DNA of 64,000 nt from an uncultured delta proteobacterium (GTDB lineage Bacteria > Desulfobacterota > RBG-13-43-22), in the NCBI GenBank assembly GCA_963843145.1, contig CAWJJC010000010.1:32001-96000 (forward strand). The letters run 5' to 3'. Below the pieces are notes generated by a model, which made no database searches, had not been told where the DNA came from, and was given only the letters and a program-made list of their open reading frames with translations. Both the position numbers and the translations under genes were made by a program. Below, one piece after another: positions 1 to 8,334 of the stretch; the first letter of the stretch is position 1; every line of letters starts with the position of its first letter.

Positions 1-1004
1 AGGCCGAACCCCAGGGCCACCATGATTCGGAAGCTGTAAAACGGGAGACCGATAGGGGGGCGGTCGGATTTCGGAAAATCTCGCAGGCCACGCACCTGTC
101 CGGTCAGGGAATGGGTGTCCAACAGGCTGAGCAGATAAGGGATTTGAAGGGACCAGTGGTTTTCCTCTCGCGCCGGGTCGGGCCAGGCCAGAAGGTTCCA
201 GGCCGCAGCGGTCCCCGGCGGGTTCGTCCGCCAGTGGGCCTCCATGGCCGCCAGCTTAGCCGGCTGATACCGTCCTACCGCGAGGCCCGAACCGTCTCCC
301 AGGTAAATCTGCAGGGGGGTGAAGACGATAGCACCGATGACGGCCACCTTAAAGGATTTCAGGAAGAAATCGACCTGTCGGTTCCGGTGGAGTTGCCAGG
401 CGCTGATCCCGCCGACCACGAACACCGTGATTTCCAGGCAGGCCACCCACATGTGGGAAACCCCCCAGGGCATGGACGGGTTAAAAATGGCCGCCCAACT
501 GCTTTCCTGCAGGAAGCGCCCTTCTCGAAAAATCCCTCCGGCCGGCGTCTGCATCCAGGAGTTGGCGACCATGATCCACCAGGCCGACAGGGAGGAGCCT
601 AGGGCCACCATGATGGTGGAGAACAGGTGCCAGCCGGGAGAGACCTTTTTCCAGCCCCAGATCATGATCCCCAGGAAGGAGGCCTCCAGCATGAAGGCCA
701 TGGTGGCTTCAAATCCGAGAATATGCCCGAAAATATCGCCCCCGGCCCAAGAGAAAAAGCTCCAGTTGGTACCAAATTGAAATTCCAGGGGGAGGCCGGT
801 GACCACCCCCACCGCAAAATTGAGAATGAACAGACGGGACCAGAACAGGGCCTGCTGATAATAAAGGGTGTTCTTGGTCTTCAAGTACAGGGCTTCCATC
901 ACCACCAGGTACAAGCTCAGACCGATGGTCAGCACCGGCCATAAAATGTGAAACATGGCGGTGAAGGCGAATTGCAGGCGGGAGAAAAGGATCGCTTCGG
1001 TCAT
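1..1004 (-). CDS. cydA: Cytochrome bd ubiquinol oxidase subunit I (N-terminal part; runs off window start)
   Basis: Manual minus-strand translation from ATG at 1004: MTEAILFSRLQFAFTAMFHILWP...FAVGVVTGLPLEFQFGTNW...FMLEASFLG...NSWMQTPAG...QPAKLAAMEAHW, all CydA motifs. Absent from the ORF track because no stop lies in the window. Confidence 0.95.
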   Translation of the reverse strand, partial: MTEAILFSRLQFAFTAMFHILWPVLTIGLSLYLVVMEALYLKTKNTLYYQQALFWSRLFILNFAVGVVTGLPLEFQFGTNWSFFSWAGGDIFGHILGFEATMAFMLEASFLGIMIWGWKKVSPGWHLFSTIMVALGSSLSAWWIMVANSWMQTPAGGIFREGRFLQESSWAAIFNPSMPWGVSHMWVACLEITVFVVGGISAWQLHRNRQVDFFLKSFKVAVIGAIVFTPLQIYLGDGSGLAVGRYQPAKLAAMEAHWRTNPPGTAAAWNLLAWPDPAREENHWSLQIPYLLSLLDTHSLTGQVRGLRDFPKSDRPPIGLPFYSFRIMVALGFG

Positions 1005-1084
1005 GGTTGTCGCCTAATTAGTCTGGCAACTGAAGCCTATAGCCCCTTCCCTCTGCCCGGATCCACCAAAATCTTCCCTCCATC

Positions 1085-1693
1085 TTACTTACCTCCCTTG
1101 CCTTTATGCCCGCCATCATCCTTCTTATCTCCCTTGTCTTTATGCCCGGGAGGGCCCCCCTCCTGCCATTTATCGTGTTTTGGTTTACCCTTTTTATAGC
1201 CTTTATCCCGATATTTCGAGGGGGGTCCTTGGGGCCGCCAGTACTCTGTTCGCCAATCATGATCCCTGTCCCAGTATCTCTCCCTATCCCAGCGATCATG
1301 GTATTTTTTGAACTGCCCATAGGGAATGTGCCGCTGCCCCGGTGGTATACGCCGATAATCCGGAGGTAGATCGATCACGGCCCGGGGGACCCGGTGGGGC
1401 TCCACGAAAACCCAGGGTCCATTATAGGCACGGGCCCGGAACCAGTGGTCTTGGTACGGCCGATACCAGTATCCGCCGAAAAATAGAATATCGACATCGA
1501 TGGTCGGAGGGAAATACACATTAGTCCTGGGGATCGGTATCACGGGCGGCGGGACTCGGATCACCAACGGTGGCGGCAACGGAATGCCTATCCCGACGCT
1601 GACCTTCACCTCGGCGGGGGATGGCGCGACCGATGAGAGGATTGGGATAAAAATTGCCCCGATAAAGACAAGACCGATTTTCAATTTTTTCAT
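1085..1693 (-). CDS. Secreted Pro/Trp-rich protein (WXXGXW-like) with Gly/Lys/His-rich tail
   Basis: ORF 1085..1732, likely start MKKLKIG at 1693. Signal peptide, VSVGIGIPLPPP, GGYWYRPYQDHW, low-complexity C-terminus. Confidence 0.7.
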   Translation of the reverse strand: MKKLKIGLVFIGAIFIPILSSVAPSPAEVKVSVGIGIPLPPPLVIRVPPPVIPIPRTNVYFPPTIDVDILFFGGYWYRPYQDHWFRARAYNGPWVFVEPHRVPRAVIDLPPDYRRIPPGQRHIPYGQFKKYHDRWDRERYWDRDHDWRTEYWRPQGPPSKYRDKGYKKGKPKHDKWQEGGPPGHKDKGDKKDDGGHKGKGGK

Positions 1694-1783
1694 GGCTGGC
1701 CTCCACTCAACTGTCTGCTTTAGCCTTTTCATTTAATACTAAAACCTTAGGCTCCGATTGGACTGACTCAGGGGGATAACTCG

Positions 1784-2188
1784 TCATACCTTGTATTCCG
1801 TAAGCCAGAGATCGTGCAGATTACAAAAGCTGGTGGCCCAGAGAAGGCCCTGGAATCCCTCCGGCAACTGGTAGGAAGACTCGGCGGTATCGGCCGGGGT
1901 AAAAGTTTTCTCCCCCAGGACCTTTCCTTCCGGGGTTAGCAGGGTGTGTTTGACAATGAAGTGTTTCTCGGTCATGGGATGGGGGGTCACTATTTTTAAG
2001 CCCCTGCCCTTCACGGTTACCTGGGGGAGATGAAGTTTCTCTTTCCCGGCCCACCGCCCAAGAGACGCTTTCGTGTAGATAAGTCCGGCGGGAAATTGGG
2101 TAGCCGCTTCGGCGTCCAAGGCTTTTCCGGTTGCGGCCAGGGCGGCCAGCGCCAGGGAAGTCTTCAAAAATTCTCTTCTTTCTTTCAT
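1784..2188 (-). CDS. Tat-exported superoxide reductase / desulfoferrodoxin-like protein
   Basis: ERREFLK twin-arginine signal; EKLHLP, HPMTEKH and CNLH give the 4His/1Cys iron site of superoxide reductases. Confidence 0.8.
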   Translation of the reverse strand: MKERREFLKTSLALAALAATGKALDAEAATQFPAGLIYTKASLGRWAGKEKLHLPQVTVKGRGLKIVTPHPMTEKHFIVKHTLLTPEGKVLGEKTFTPADTAESSYQLPEGFQGLLWATSFCNLHDLWLTEYKV

Positions 2189-2346
2189 GACTGTGCTCCT
2201 TTCTGGTTGGTTGAAAAAGGGCCCTTACCCCCACACAGGGAAGAGAGAAAAATGTTGTGGTGTCAGGCTACCGGGAAGTTGCTTCCAAACCCCAAGCGGG
2301 TCACCGAAAGCTTTATCCCGGAATGTTTATTTTAGTTGAATTCCAT

Positions 2347-3792
2347 TTACGGGATCGGCCCGACAACCACGGTTCCGGTATTTCCGGATCGATGGTCCAG
2401 GGCTAAAAGGGTAACCTTGGAATTCGGTTTTAAAGCCTCCATCATTTGGATAAAACCGTCCACCCCCTCCACCGCCTGTTGATCGACAGCCAGGATGATG
2501 TCTCCCAGCTCAAAACCGGCTTTTTTCAAAGGCCCCCGATCTTCCAGAAGGGTGATGATTACCCCTCGGCCGGCCTCGAGGCCGTAATGCTCCGCTTCCT
2601 GCTTAGAGAGAGACCGCACCTCGGCGCCAATCCGCTGCTTTATGGCGGCCAGATACATTTTCGTCGAAGATTCCAAATTTCCGATTTTGACCGTCACCTG
2701 CAGCCGCTGACCTTTGCGCTCGAAAACGATCTTAACTTCGCGACCGATCGGGGTATCGGCGACTTCATTTCGCAGCGCCCCGGAGTTGGGGACCGCCCGG
2801 CCGTCGAACTCCAGGATGACGTCGTCTTTCTTCAAACCGGCCCTTTCGGCCGGCCCGTTCTTCAAAACCTCAACAATCAGCGCTCCTTTTTCCCTAGCCC
2901 TTTGAAAGGAATTGGTCGTCGGAGGCGTGACATCCCGGGTGGTGACTCCCAGCCACCCCCGTTCCACCTTCCCGTGGGCCATGATGGCCTGGGCCACATG
3001 AACGGCTATGTTGCTTGGGATAGTGAATCCGATCCCTTCGAACCCGCCGGATTCCGAAGCGATGGCGGCATTGATGCCCACCACTTCTCCTTTAAGCGTC
3101 AGCAGCGGGCCGCCGCTGTTGCCTGGGTTTATGGCCGCGTCAGTCTGCATGAAATCCTGGTAACTGCTGGGGTCGGTGATCCCGCGACGATGTTTGGCAC
3201 TGATAATCCCCTGGGTAACGCTCTGATCGAGCCCGCGGGGATGACCGATCGCCACTACCCACTGTCCCACCTCCACCTTGTCGGAATCGCCGAAGGTGAC
3301 ATGAGGAAAAGGTTCCTTCGCGGAAATATGGATTACCGCCAGATCGGTTTTGGGGTCGCTCCCTACCAATTTTCCGGGAAAACGGCGTCCGTCGGACAGA
3401 AGGACCTCGATTTTGGTGGCCCCTCCGACCACATGGTGGTTGGTCAGAATATGGCCCTGGGAATCGATAAGCATCCCCGAGCCCAATCCCCGCAATTCCC
3501 TTTTGAATTTCTTGGGCATCTTGGGAATATTGAAAAAATGCCGAAAAAAAGGATCGCTCCCGAAAGGCGCCATGGGGTTTTCAACTTCCTGCCTTTCGGT
3601 CACTTCAATGTGAACGACCGCCGGAATGTTCATTTTAGCCACCTGGATGATCGCGGTGGACAAATCCAGCGGGACTTTTCCGGTTTCGGCCCCGACAGCA
3701 CAGTGAACCGCACCTGGTAAGAATAGCAGATTGAGCCAGAAAAGAATTAAGCCTCCCCTGACGGACAACCGACACCTATTTTGCAGTTCCAT
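2347..3792 (-). CDS. degP: HtrA/DegP (Do family) serine protease with two PDZ domains
   Basis: LTNHHVV, DLAVI, QTDAAINPGNSGGPL catalytic triad motifs; RGWLGV PDZ. Confidence 0.95.
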   Translation of the reverse strand: MELQNRCRLSVRGGLILFWLNLLFLPGAVHCAVGAETGKVPLDLSTAIIQVAKMNIPAVVHIEVTERQEVENPMAPFGSDPFFRHFFNIPKMPKKFKRELRGLGSGMLIDSQGHILTNHHVVGGATKIEVLLSDGRRFPGKLVGSDPKTDLAVIHISAKEPFPHVTFGDSDKVEVGQWVVAIGHPRGLDQSVTQGIISAKHRRGITDPSSYQDFMQTDAAINPGNSGGPLLTLKGEVVGINAAIASESGGFEGIGFTIPSNIAVHVAQAIMAHGKVERGWLGVTTRDVTPPTTNSFQRAREKGALIVEVLKNGPAERAGLKKDDVILEFDGRAVPNSGALRNEVADTPIGREVKIVFERKGQRLQVTVKIGNLESSTKMYLAAIKQRIGAEVRSLSKQEAEHYGLEAGRGVIITLLEDRGPLKKAGFELGDIILAVDQQAVEGVDGFIQMMEALKPNSKVTLLALDHRSGNTGTVVVGPIP

Positions 3793-3880
3793 ACCCCCCC
3801 CTGCGTGAATATTTTCAGCTTTTATAAAAATTTCCTGTTCCCTTCTAGCTCTTTAAACCAGCCAAATCCTGGAGGCCGGG

Positions 3881-5221
3881 CTACTCCATCCCCGCTTCCT
3901 TCAGATTCCCGACAATCACCCGGATCGCCTGCTCGGGATGGAGGTAGGTTTGCGCCACCCGGAGAACGTCCTCCCGGGTGATCGATTGAATCAGTTTCGG
4001 GTATTTTTCCGGATAGTCGAGGCCGAGGCCGAAGTACTCGACCTGAGCAAGAAAACCCGCAAGTTTTCCCTGGGTGTCGAAACGCATCGGGAAACTCCCG
4101 ATGAGGTATTTCTGGGCTCGCTGGAGGTCATCCGGAGAGACCGCTTCCTTCCGGATTCGCTTCAGTCCCTCGAAAACCAATTTCAGGGCTTCTGAGGCCG
4201 AAGCATTTTTGGTTTGCAGGACCACTTGAAAAGAGCCCTGGTACTTGCGGCTGTCAAAGAAGCTGGCCACGGAATAGGCCAGTCCCCGTTTCACCCGGAT
4301 TTCCTCCATCAGCCTGGAACCAAAGCCCCCGCCGCCTAAAATATAGTTCATGACCGTCAAGGCGTAGTAATCGGGGTTGGTCCGCTCCACTCCCGGCCCT
4401 CCGATAATGATGCTGGCTTGGGTCACCTCGCGGTTGATGCGTTTGGTTTCAGGACCCGGCTGAAACGTCGGCGTAAAAGGCTGAGGTCTGATCTCCTTGG
4501 CCTCCCAGGAGGTCAGGAGCGGAACCAGTCGGGTGTTCACCTCTTCCGGACTGATATCTCCGACAACGGCCAAGATGGCGTTGTTGGGATGATGCCATTT
4601 CCGGAAGAAATCCAGGACCCTTTCCCGGGTCAATTTCCCCACGGATTCTTTTGTTCCTTCCACCGGATGGCCGTAGGGATGGTTCCCAAAGAGGGCCTGG
4701 CGAAAGGCTTTTTCGGCCAACGTCTCGGGATCTTCTTCAGCCGCCTGGATGCTCCCCAGAATCTTCTTTATTTCCTTGTGCAGTTCCTCCTCCGGGAAAG
4801 CGGGCCGGGTAAGGGCCTCCAGAAAAAGGCCGAAGGCCTGGTCCAGGTCCTTTTTCAGAAAGCGGAGACTGACGACCGCATAGTCGGCGGACGCCGAGGC
4901 CCCCAGGGAAGCGCCCAGGAAGTCCAGGGTCTGGTTAAAAGCCGTCGCCGACTGACGGGTAGTGCCGAGTAGAAGTCCTTTGGCCGTGAGATAAGCCAGC
5001 CCTTCCTGCCCGGCGGGATCACGCCGCGAGCCGGCATCCAGTAACAATTGGATGGTGACAAAAGGAAGGGAGTGGTCTTCGGAGACGAGCAGGACCAGCT
5101 TGTTGGGCAGTTGCTCCCTATGGACTACAGGCCGGGCCACCGCGTCAGACAAACCCACCCCTGCTATCCAACCCCAGAGAACAGCCGATAAAACGAATAC
5201 GCTGAATGGAAATCGTGTCAT
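3881..5221 (-). CDS. M16 (pitrilysin-family) peptidase, non-catalytic subunit
   Basis: GLAYLTA replaces HxxEH; ILGGGGFGSRL...RGLAY motif. Confidence 0.9.
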   Translation of the reverse strand: MTRFPFSVFVLSAVLWGWIAGVGLSDAVARPVVHREQLPNKLVLLVSEDHSLPFVTIQLLLDAGSRRDPAGQEGLAYLTAKGLLLGTTRQSATAFNQTLDFLGASLGASASADYAVVSLRFLKKDLDQAFGLFLEALTRPAFPEEELHKEIKKILGSIQAAEEDPETLAEKAFRQALFGNHPYGHPVEGTKESVGKLTRERVLDFFRKWHHPNNAILAVVGDISPEEVNTRLVPLLTSWEAKEIRPQPFTPTFQPGPETKRINREVTQASIIIGGPGVERTNPDYYALTVMNYILGGGGFGSRLMEEIRVKRGLAYSVASFFDSRKYQGSFQVVLQTKNASASEALKLVFEGLKRIRKEAVSPDDLQRAQKYLIGSFPMRFDTQGKLAGFLAQVEYFGLGLDYPEKYPKLIQSITREDVLRVAQTYLHPEQAIRVIVGNLKEAGME

Positions 5222-5232
5222 TATTGAAAACC

Positions 5233-6630
5233 TTAGCGGATGATTCGGCCGGCACCGGAGGGAACCGACGGTAAAGGTTTGCCTTCCTGAGGCGGCAGGG
5301 GGTTGAGGATTCCCACCGTCCGATTCCGGGGAATCAGATATTGGCCGGCCACCCGCTGAATATCCGCCGGCGTCACCTTTCGGATGGAGGGCAGGTAGTC
5401 GTCCGCCGACCGCCAGCCCGAAACGATTTCACACTGGGCCAGGAGCATGGCCTGGGCGAACAAAGAATCCTGGCCATAAATGAAGGCGGCCTCCAATTGA
5501 TTTTTGGCCTTCTCCAGTTCCGCCTCGGTGACGGGTTCCTTCTGGAGGCGGTCCAGTTCCTGGTCGAGGGCTTTTTCCAGTTCATCGGCCGTGTGCCCCG
5601 GAAGCGGCTGGGCCGAAAGGGAAAAGAGCTGGGGGTCCCGGGAAAGCAGGGCGTTATCCGCATCGACGCTCAAGGCCAACTGTTTTTCCCGAACCAGGCT
5701 TTGATAGAGCCGTGAGCTTTTTCCGCCGGCCAGCACCGCCGCAATGACTTCCAGCACGTAGCCGTCCGGACTGTGGAGGTTGGGCACGTGATAGCCCATC
5801 AGGAGGTAGGGAAGTTCGGCCTGCCGGCTCACCGTTATTCTCCGCTCGCCGCTCTGGGGCGGGTCAAGGTCCTTATTTGGGCTGGGGGTCTCCCGCCGGG
5901 GAATGGATCCGAAAGCCGCCTGGATCCGGGGCAGGATCTCCTCTTTTCGAAAGTCCCCCACGACCACCAGAAAGGCATTGGCCGGGTTGTAATAGGTCCG
6001 GTAATGGGACTGGAGGTCCTCCAGGGTATAGCCTTCAATATCCTGCTTCCAACCGATGGTCGGCCAGTGATAAGGAGACGTCTGAAAGGCTGTGGCCTCT
6101 AATTGTTCGGCTAGGTAGGCCTGAGGACTGTCTTCGGTGCGCATACGCCGTTCTTCCAGCACGACCATCCTTTCCGTTCGGAAATCCTCCTCCCGGAGCA
6201 TCAGATTTTGCATCCGGTCGGATTCCAGATCAATCAGCACCGGCAAGCGGTCGGAACGCATATTTTCAAAATAGGCCGTAAAGTCGCTCGAGGTAAAGGC
6301 ATTCTGCTGGCCCCCGTTCTCCTCGATGGTCCGGTCGAACTGTTTACCACTCACCCGGCGGGTGCCTTTGAACATCATGTGCTCCAGCATATGAGAAAGT
6401 CCGGTCTTGCCCCAGGATTCATTCCGGGACCCGACCCGATACCAGACCTGAAAGGTGACTTCGGGAACCTTCGGGTTTTCCAGAAGGATCACCTTCAGGC
6501 CGTTGGGCAGCACCTGCTCCACCACCCGATCGGCCAGAGTGGTCGAAAAAGCCGGAGCGGAAACCAGAAACAGCAGCGATAAAAGAAATAGGTTTACCCC
6601 AAGAACCAATCGTCTGATCTGCAAGGACAA
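5233..6630 (-). CDS. M16 zinc peptidase, catalytic subunit
   Basis: GLSHMLEHMMFKGT (HxxEH), NAFTS, EERRMR. Confidence 0.93.
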   Translation of the reverse strand: MSLQIRRLVLGVNLFLLSLLFLVSAPAFSTTLADRVVEQVLPNGLKVILLENPKVPEVTFQVWYRVGSRNESWGKTGLSHMLEHMMFKGTRRVSGKQFDRTIEENGGQQNAFTSSDFTAYFENMRSDRLPVLIDLESDRMQNLMLREEDFRTERMVVLEERRMRTEDSPQAYLAEQLEATAFQTSPYHWPTIGWKQDIEGYTLEDLQSHYRTYYNPANAFLVVVGDFRKEEILPRIQAAFGSIPRRETPSPNKDLDPPQSGERRITVSRQAELPYLLMGYHVPNLHSPDGYVLEVIAAVLAGGKSSRLYQSLVREKQLALSVDADNALLSRDPQLFSLSAQPLPGHTADELEKALDQELDRLQKEPVTEAELEKAKNQLEAAFIYGQDSLFAQAMLLAQCEIVSGWRSADDYLPSIRKVTPADIQRVAGQYLIPRNRTVGILNPLPPQEGKPLPSVPSGAGRIIR

Positions 6631-6851
6631 CCTCCTCGTCCGATAAGGATTACCATTTATTCCCTGGGTGCTTCCAGGGGGGATTCGCCTGATTCAGAAA
6701 GCTATCATACCATAACTTCCTCTGGGTATCGGAACTTTTTGACGGGGGAAACGCCTGTCGGGACTGTTTCGGTTTTCATGCCCGGGAAGGGGCGTTGGAA
6801 CCCTCTCAGGATTCGACAGATTACCAGAGTACGGCGGGGGAGTTAAATAGC

Positions 6852-6890
6852 GGAAAACCATTATTTTTGGGATGGAAACCCATTATTTTT
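6852..6890. repeat. Two 17-bp direct repeats at 22-bp period (possible orphan transposon end)
   Basis: GGAAAACCATTATTTTT (6852-6868) and GGAAACCCATTATTTTT (6874-6890). Confidence 0.45.
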
Positions 6891-7001
6891 AGTGGTCGGG
6901 GACCTCGGACCCGAAAAAGCGTCGACTTAGAGGAAAATAACGGCAGGAGATAGGGAGAGAAAAACCGCTTCGACGCTGCCTGCCGTTCAGGTGCGCCGCC
7001 C

Positions 7002-7565
7002 TTACCTGACCGCCGCGGGGGGTCTTCGTAAACGCTCAAGTTCACTCTCGGCGGCAAACAGGTCATCGCGCAGTGATTCGCGGCGACGGTCAAGGTCGCG
7101 TATCTCACTGCGTAACTCGTTGCGCCGCGAATCGGAGGTTTTCTTTTCGCGCAGTTCGGATTCTTTGCGCGAGATCTCGTCCAGATTGTTGTTGATGCGG
7201 CGCTTCAGCGAATTGATTTCGTAAGCAGCCTGGTAGATGCCCTTGAACCTTGCGTCACAGACGTCCGCGTAGGAATGGCCCGCCAACCCCTCCCGTACGG
7301 CGTTCTCGGGCTGACAATAGTCGGATAGCCCCAACCGGCGTCCCTGCAAATAGCGCTTTTCGTCCGGGACGACCTTCACGCCGGCGCAGGCGTCACGGTG
7401 CCGAACGAGTCGATCCGCCGCATAGCCGGTGCGGCCGTCCTTGATCCCTAACTCGTACCAGTCGACCTTCGCACACTGGTCCTCCGGAATCGTGGCGCAA
7501 CCGCCCAACAACCCCACACACACCGCCAAGACGACGAGACAACGCAAAAGGTTGATGTTTTCCAA
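7002..7565 (-). CDS. DUF2799-like lipoprotein
   Basis: Lipobox LGGC; C..vDWyelG..DG..G and YxxGxxxGLxxYC pattern; coiled-coil C-terminus. Confidence 0.8.
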   Translation of the reverse strand: MENINLLRCLVVLAVCVGLLGGCATIPEDQCAKVDWYELGIKDGRTGYAADRLVRHRDACAGVKVVPDEKRYLQGRRLGLSDYCQPENAVREGLAGHSYADVCDARFKGIYQAAYEINSLKRRINNNLDEISRKESELREKKTSDSRRNELRSEIRDLDRRRESLRDDLFAAESELERLRRPPAAVR

Positions 7566-7583
7566 TTGAAAGATAGGGTTACA

Positions 7584-8255
7584 TCATGAATGAGGCATGC
7601 GGTATACCGCGCCGCCTTCACCAGGTTGTTGAAGTCGCATCCTTGGCTTGTTTGTTTGGTCTGATGAGCATACGTAAACCCTTGCTCTGGGGAAGTCTTT
7701 CAGGTTCAGACGATGAGCGATCAGACATATGACCTGGCAGTGGGATCCATTGAGAAGGTCCACGGCTGAGATGAATTGGGAAGTATCCAATGCGGCTGTA
7801 ACCTCATTCTCAACGAGAACGGCAGCACCTGTGGTGGCCGCTTCAAGATGGGAGCGAAGAAGCCTAAGCATGAATTGCCCGCGAGATTCATAGCTTCCTG
7901 GCTCTAATTGAACATCATCAAGGGAACCAAGGCGGACGCTGACAGTCGGCGACATAAATTCGACAGAGATTTTTCCGTCTAAGAAACCGGTTGTAACTGA
8001 TAGTGGATGTTCTATCCTCGTTGAGGAAAACAAGGCTTGAAGAATAGCTCTGAAGATTGTGGTTTTCCCCCAAGCGGGGGATTCCTCCGTGATTATGTTT
8101 AGCCCAGGAATAAACTCCAGATTGAGTTGCTCCCAGCAACCGACATGCAAGAGGTCAACACGTCGTAATGCCGGCACAATTTCAATGGATCTCGTTAGGC
8201 GCACTCTATCCTCGACTTCAACACTAAGTTCACCGGGAGCCAGATTTTTGGTCAA
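7584..8255 (-). CDS. Hypothetical protein resembling a degenerate SMC/ABC-type P-loop ATPase
   Basis: LNLEFIPGLNIITEESPAWGKTTIFRAI (Walker A-like), SRGQ, VLVENEVTAALD (Walker B/D-loop-like), ICLIAH. Confidence 0.5.
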   Translation of the reverse strand: MTKNLAPGELSVEVEDRVRLTRSIEIVPALRRVDLLHVGCWEQLNLEFIPGLNIITEESPAWGKTTIFRAILQALFSSTRIEHPLSVTTGFLDGKISVEFMSPTVSVRLGSLDDVQLEPGSYESRGQFMLRLLRSHLEAATTGAAVLVENEVTAALDTSQFISAVDLLNGSHCQVICLIAHRLNLKDFPRARVYVCSSDQTNKPRMRLQQPGEGGAVYRMPHS

Positions 8256-8334
8256 TCCGGTGGATCTTCGGGTTCGCCGCCTTCTACAAAATCAAACAAA
8301 ATCATATAATTGATAAAAAAAATTGATTACCCAA

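Noticed and set aside
111-944. Plus-strand ORFs 111..602, 319..780 and 627..944
   Set aside because: Antisense shadows of cydA; the same applies to long ORFs opposite degP, the M16 genes and other GC-rich genes.
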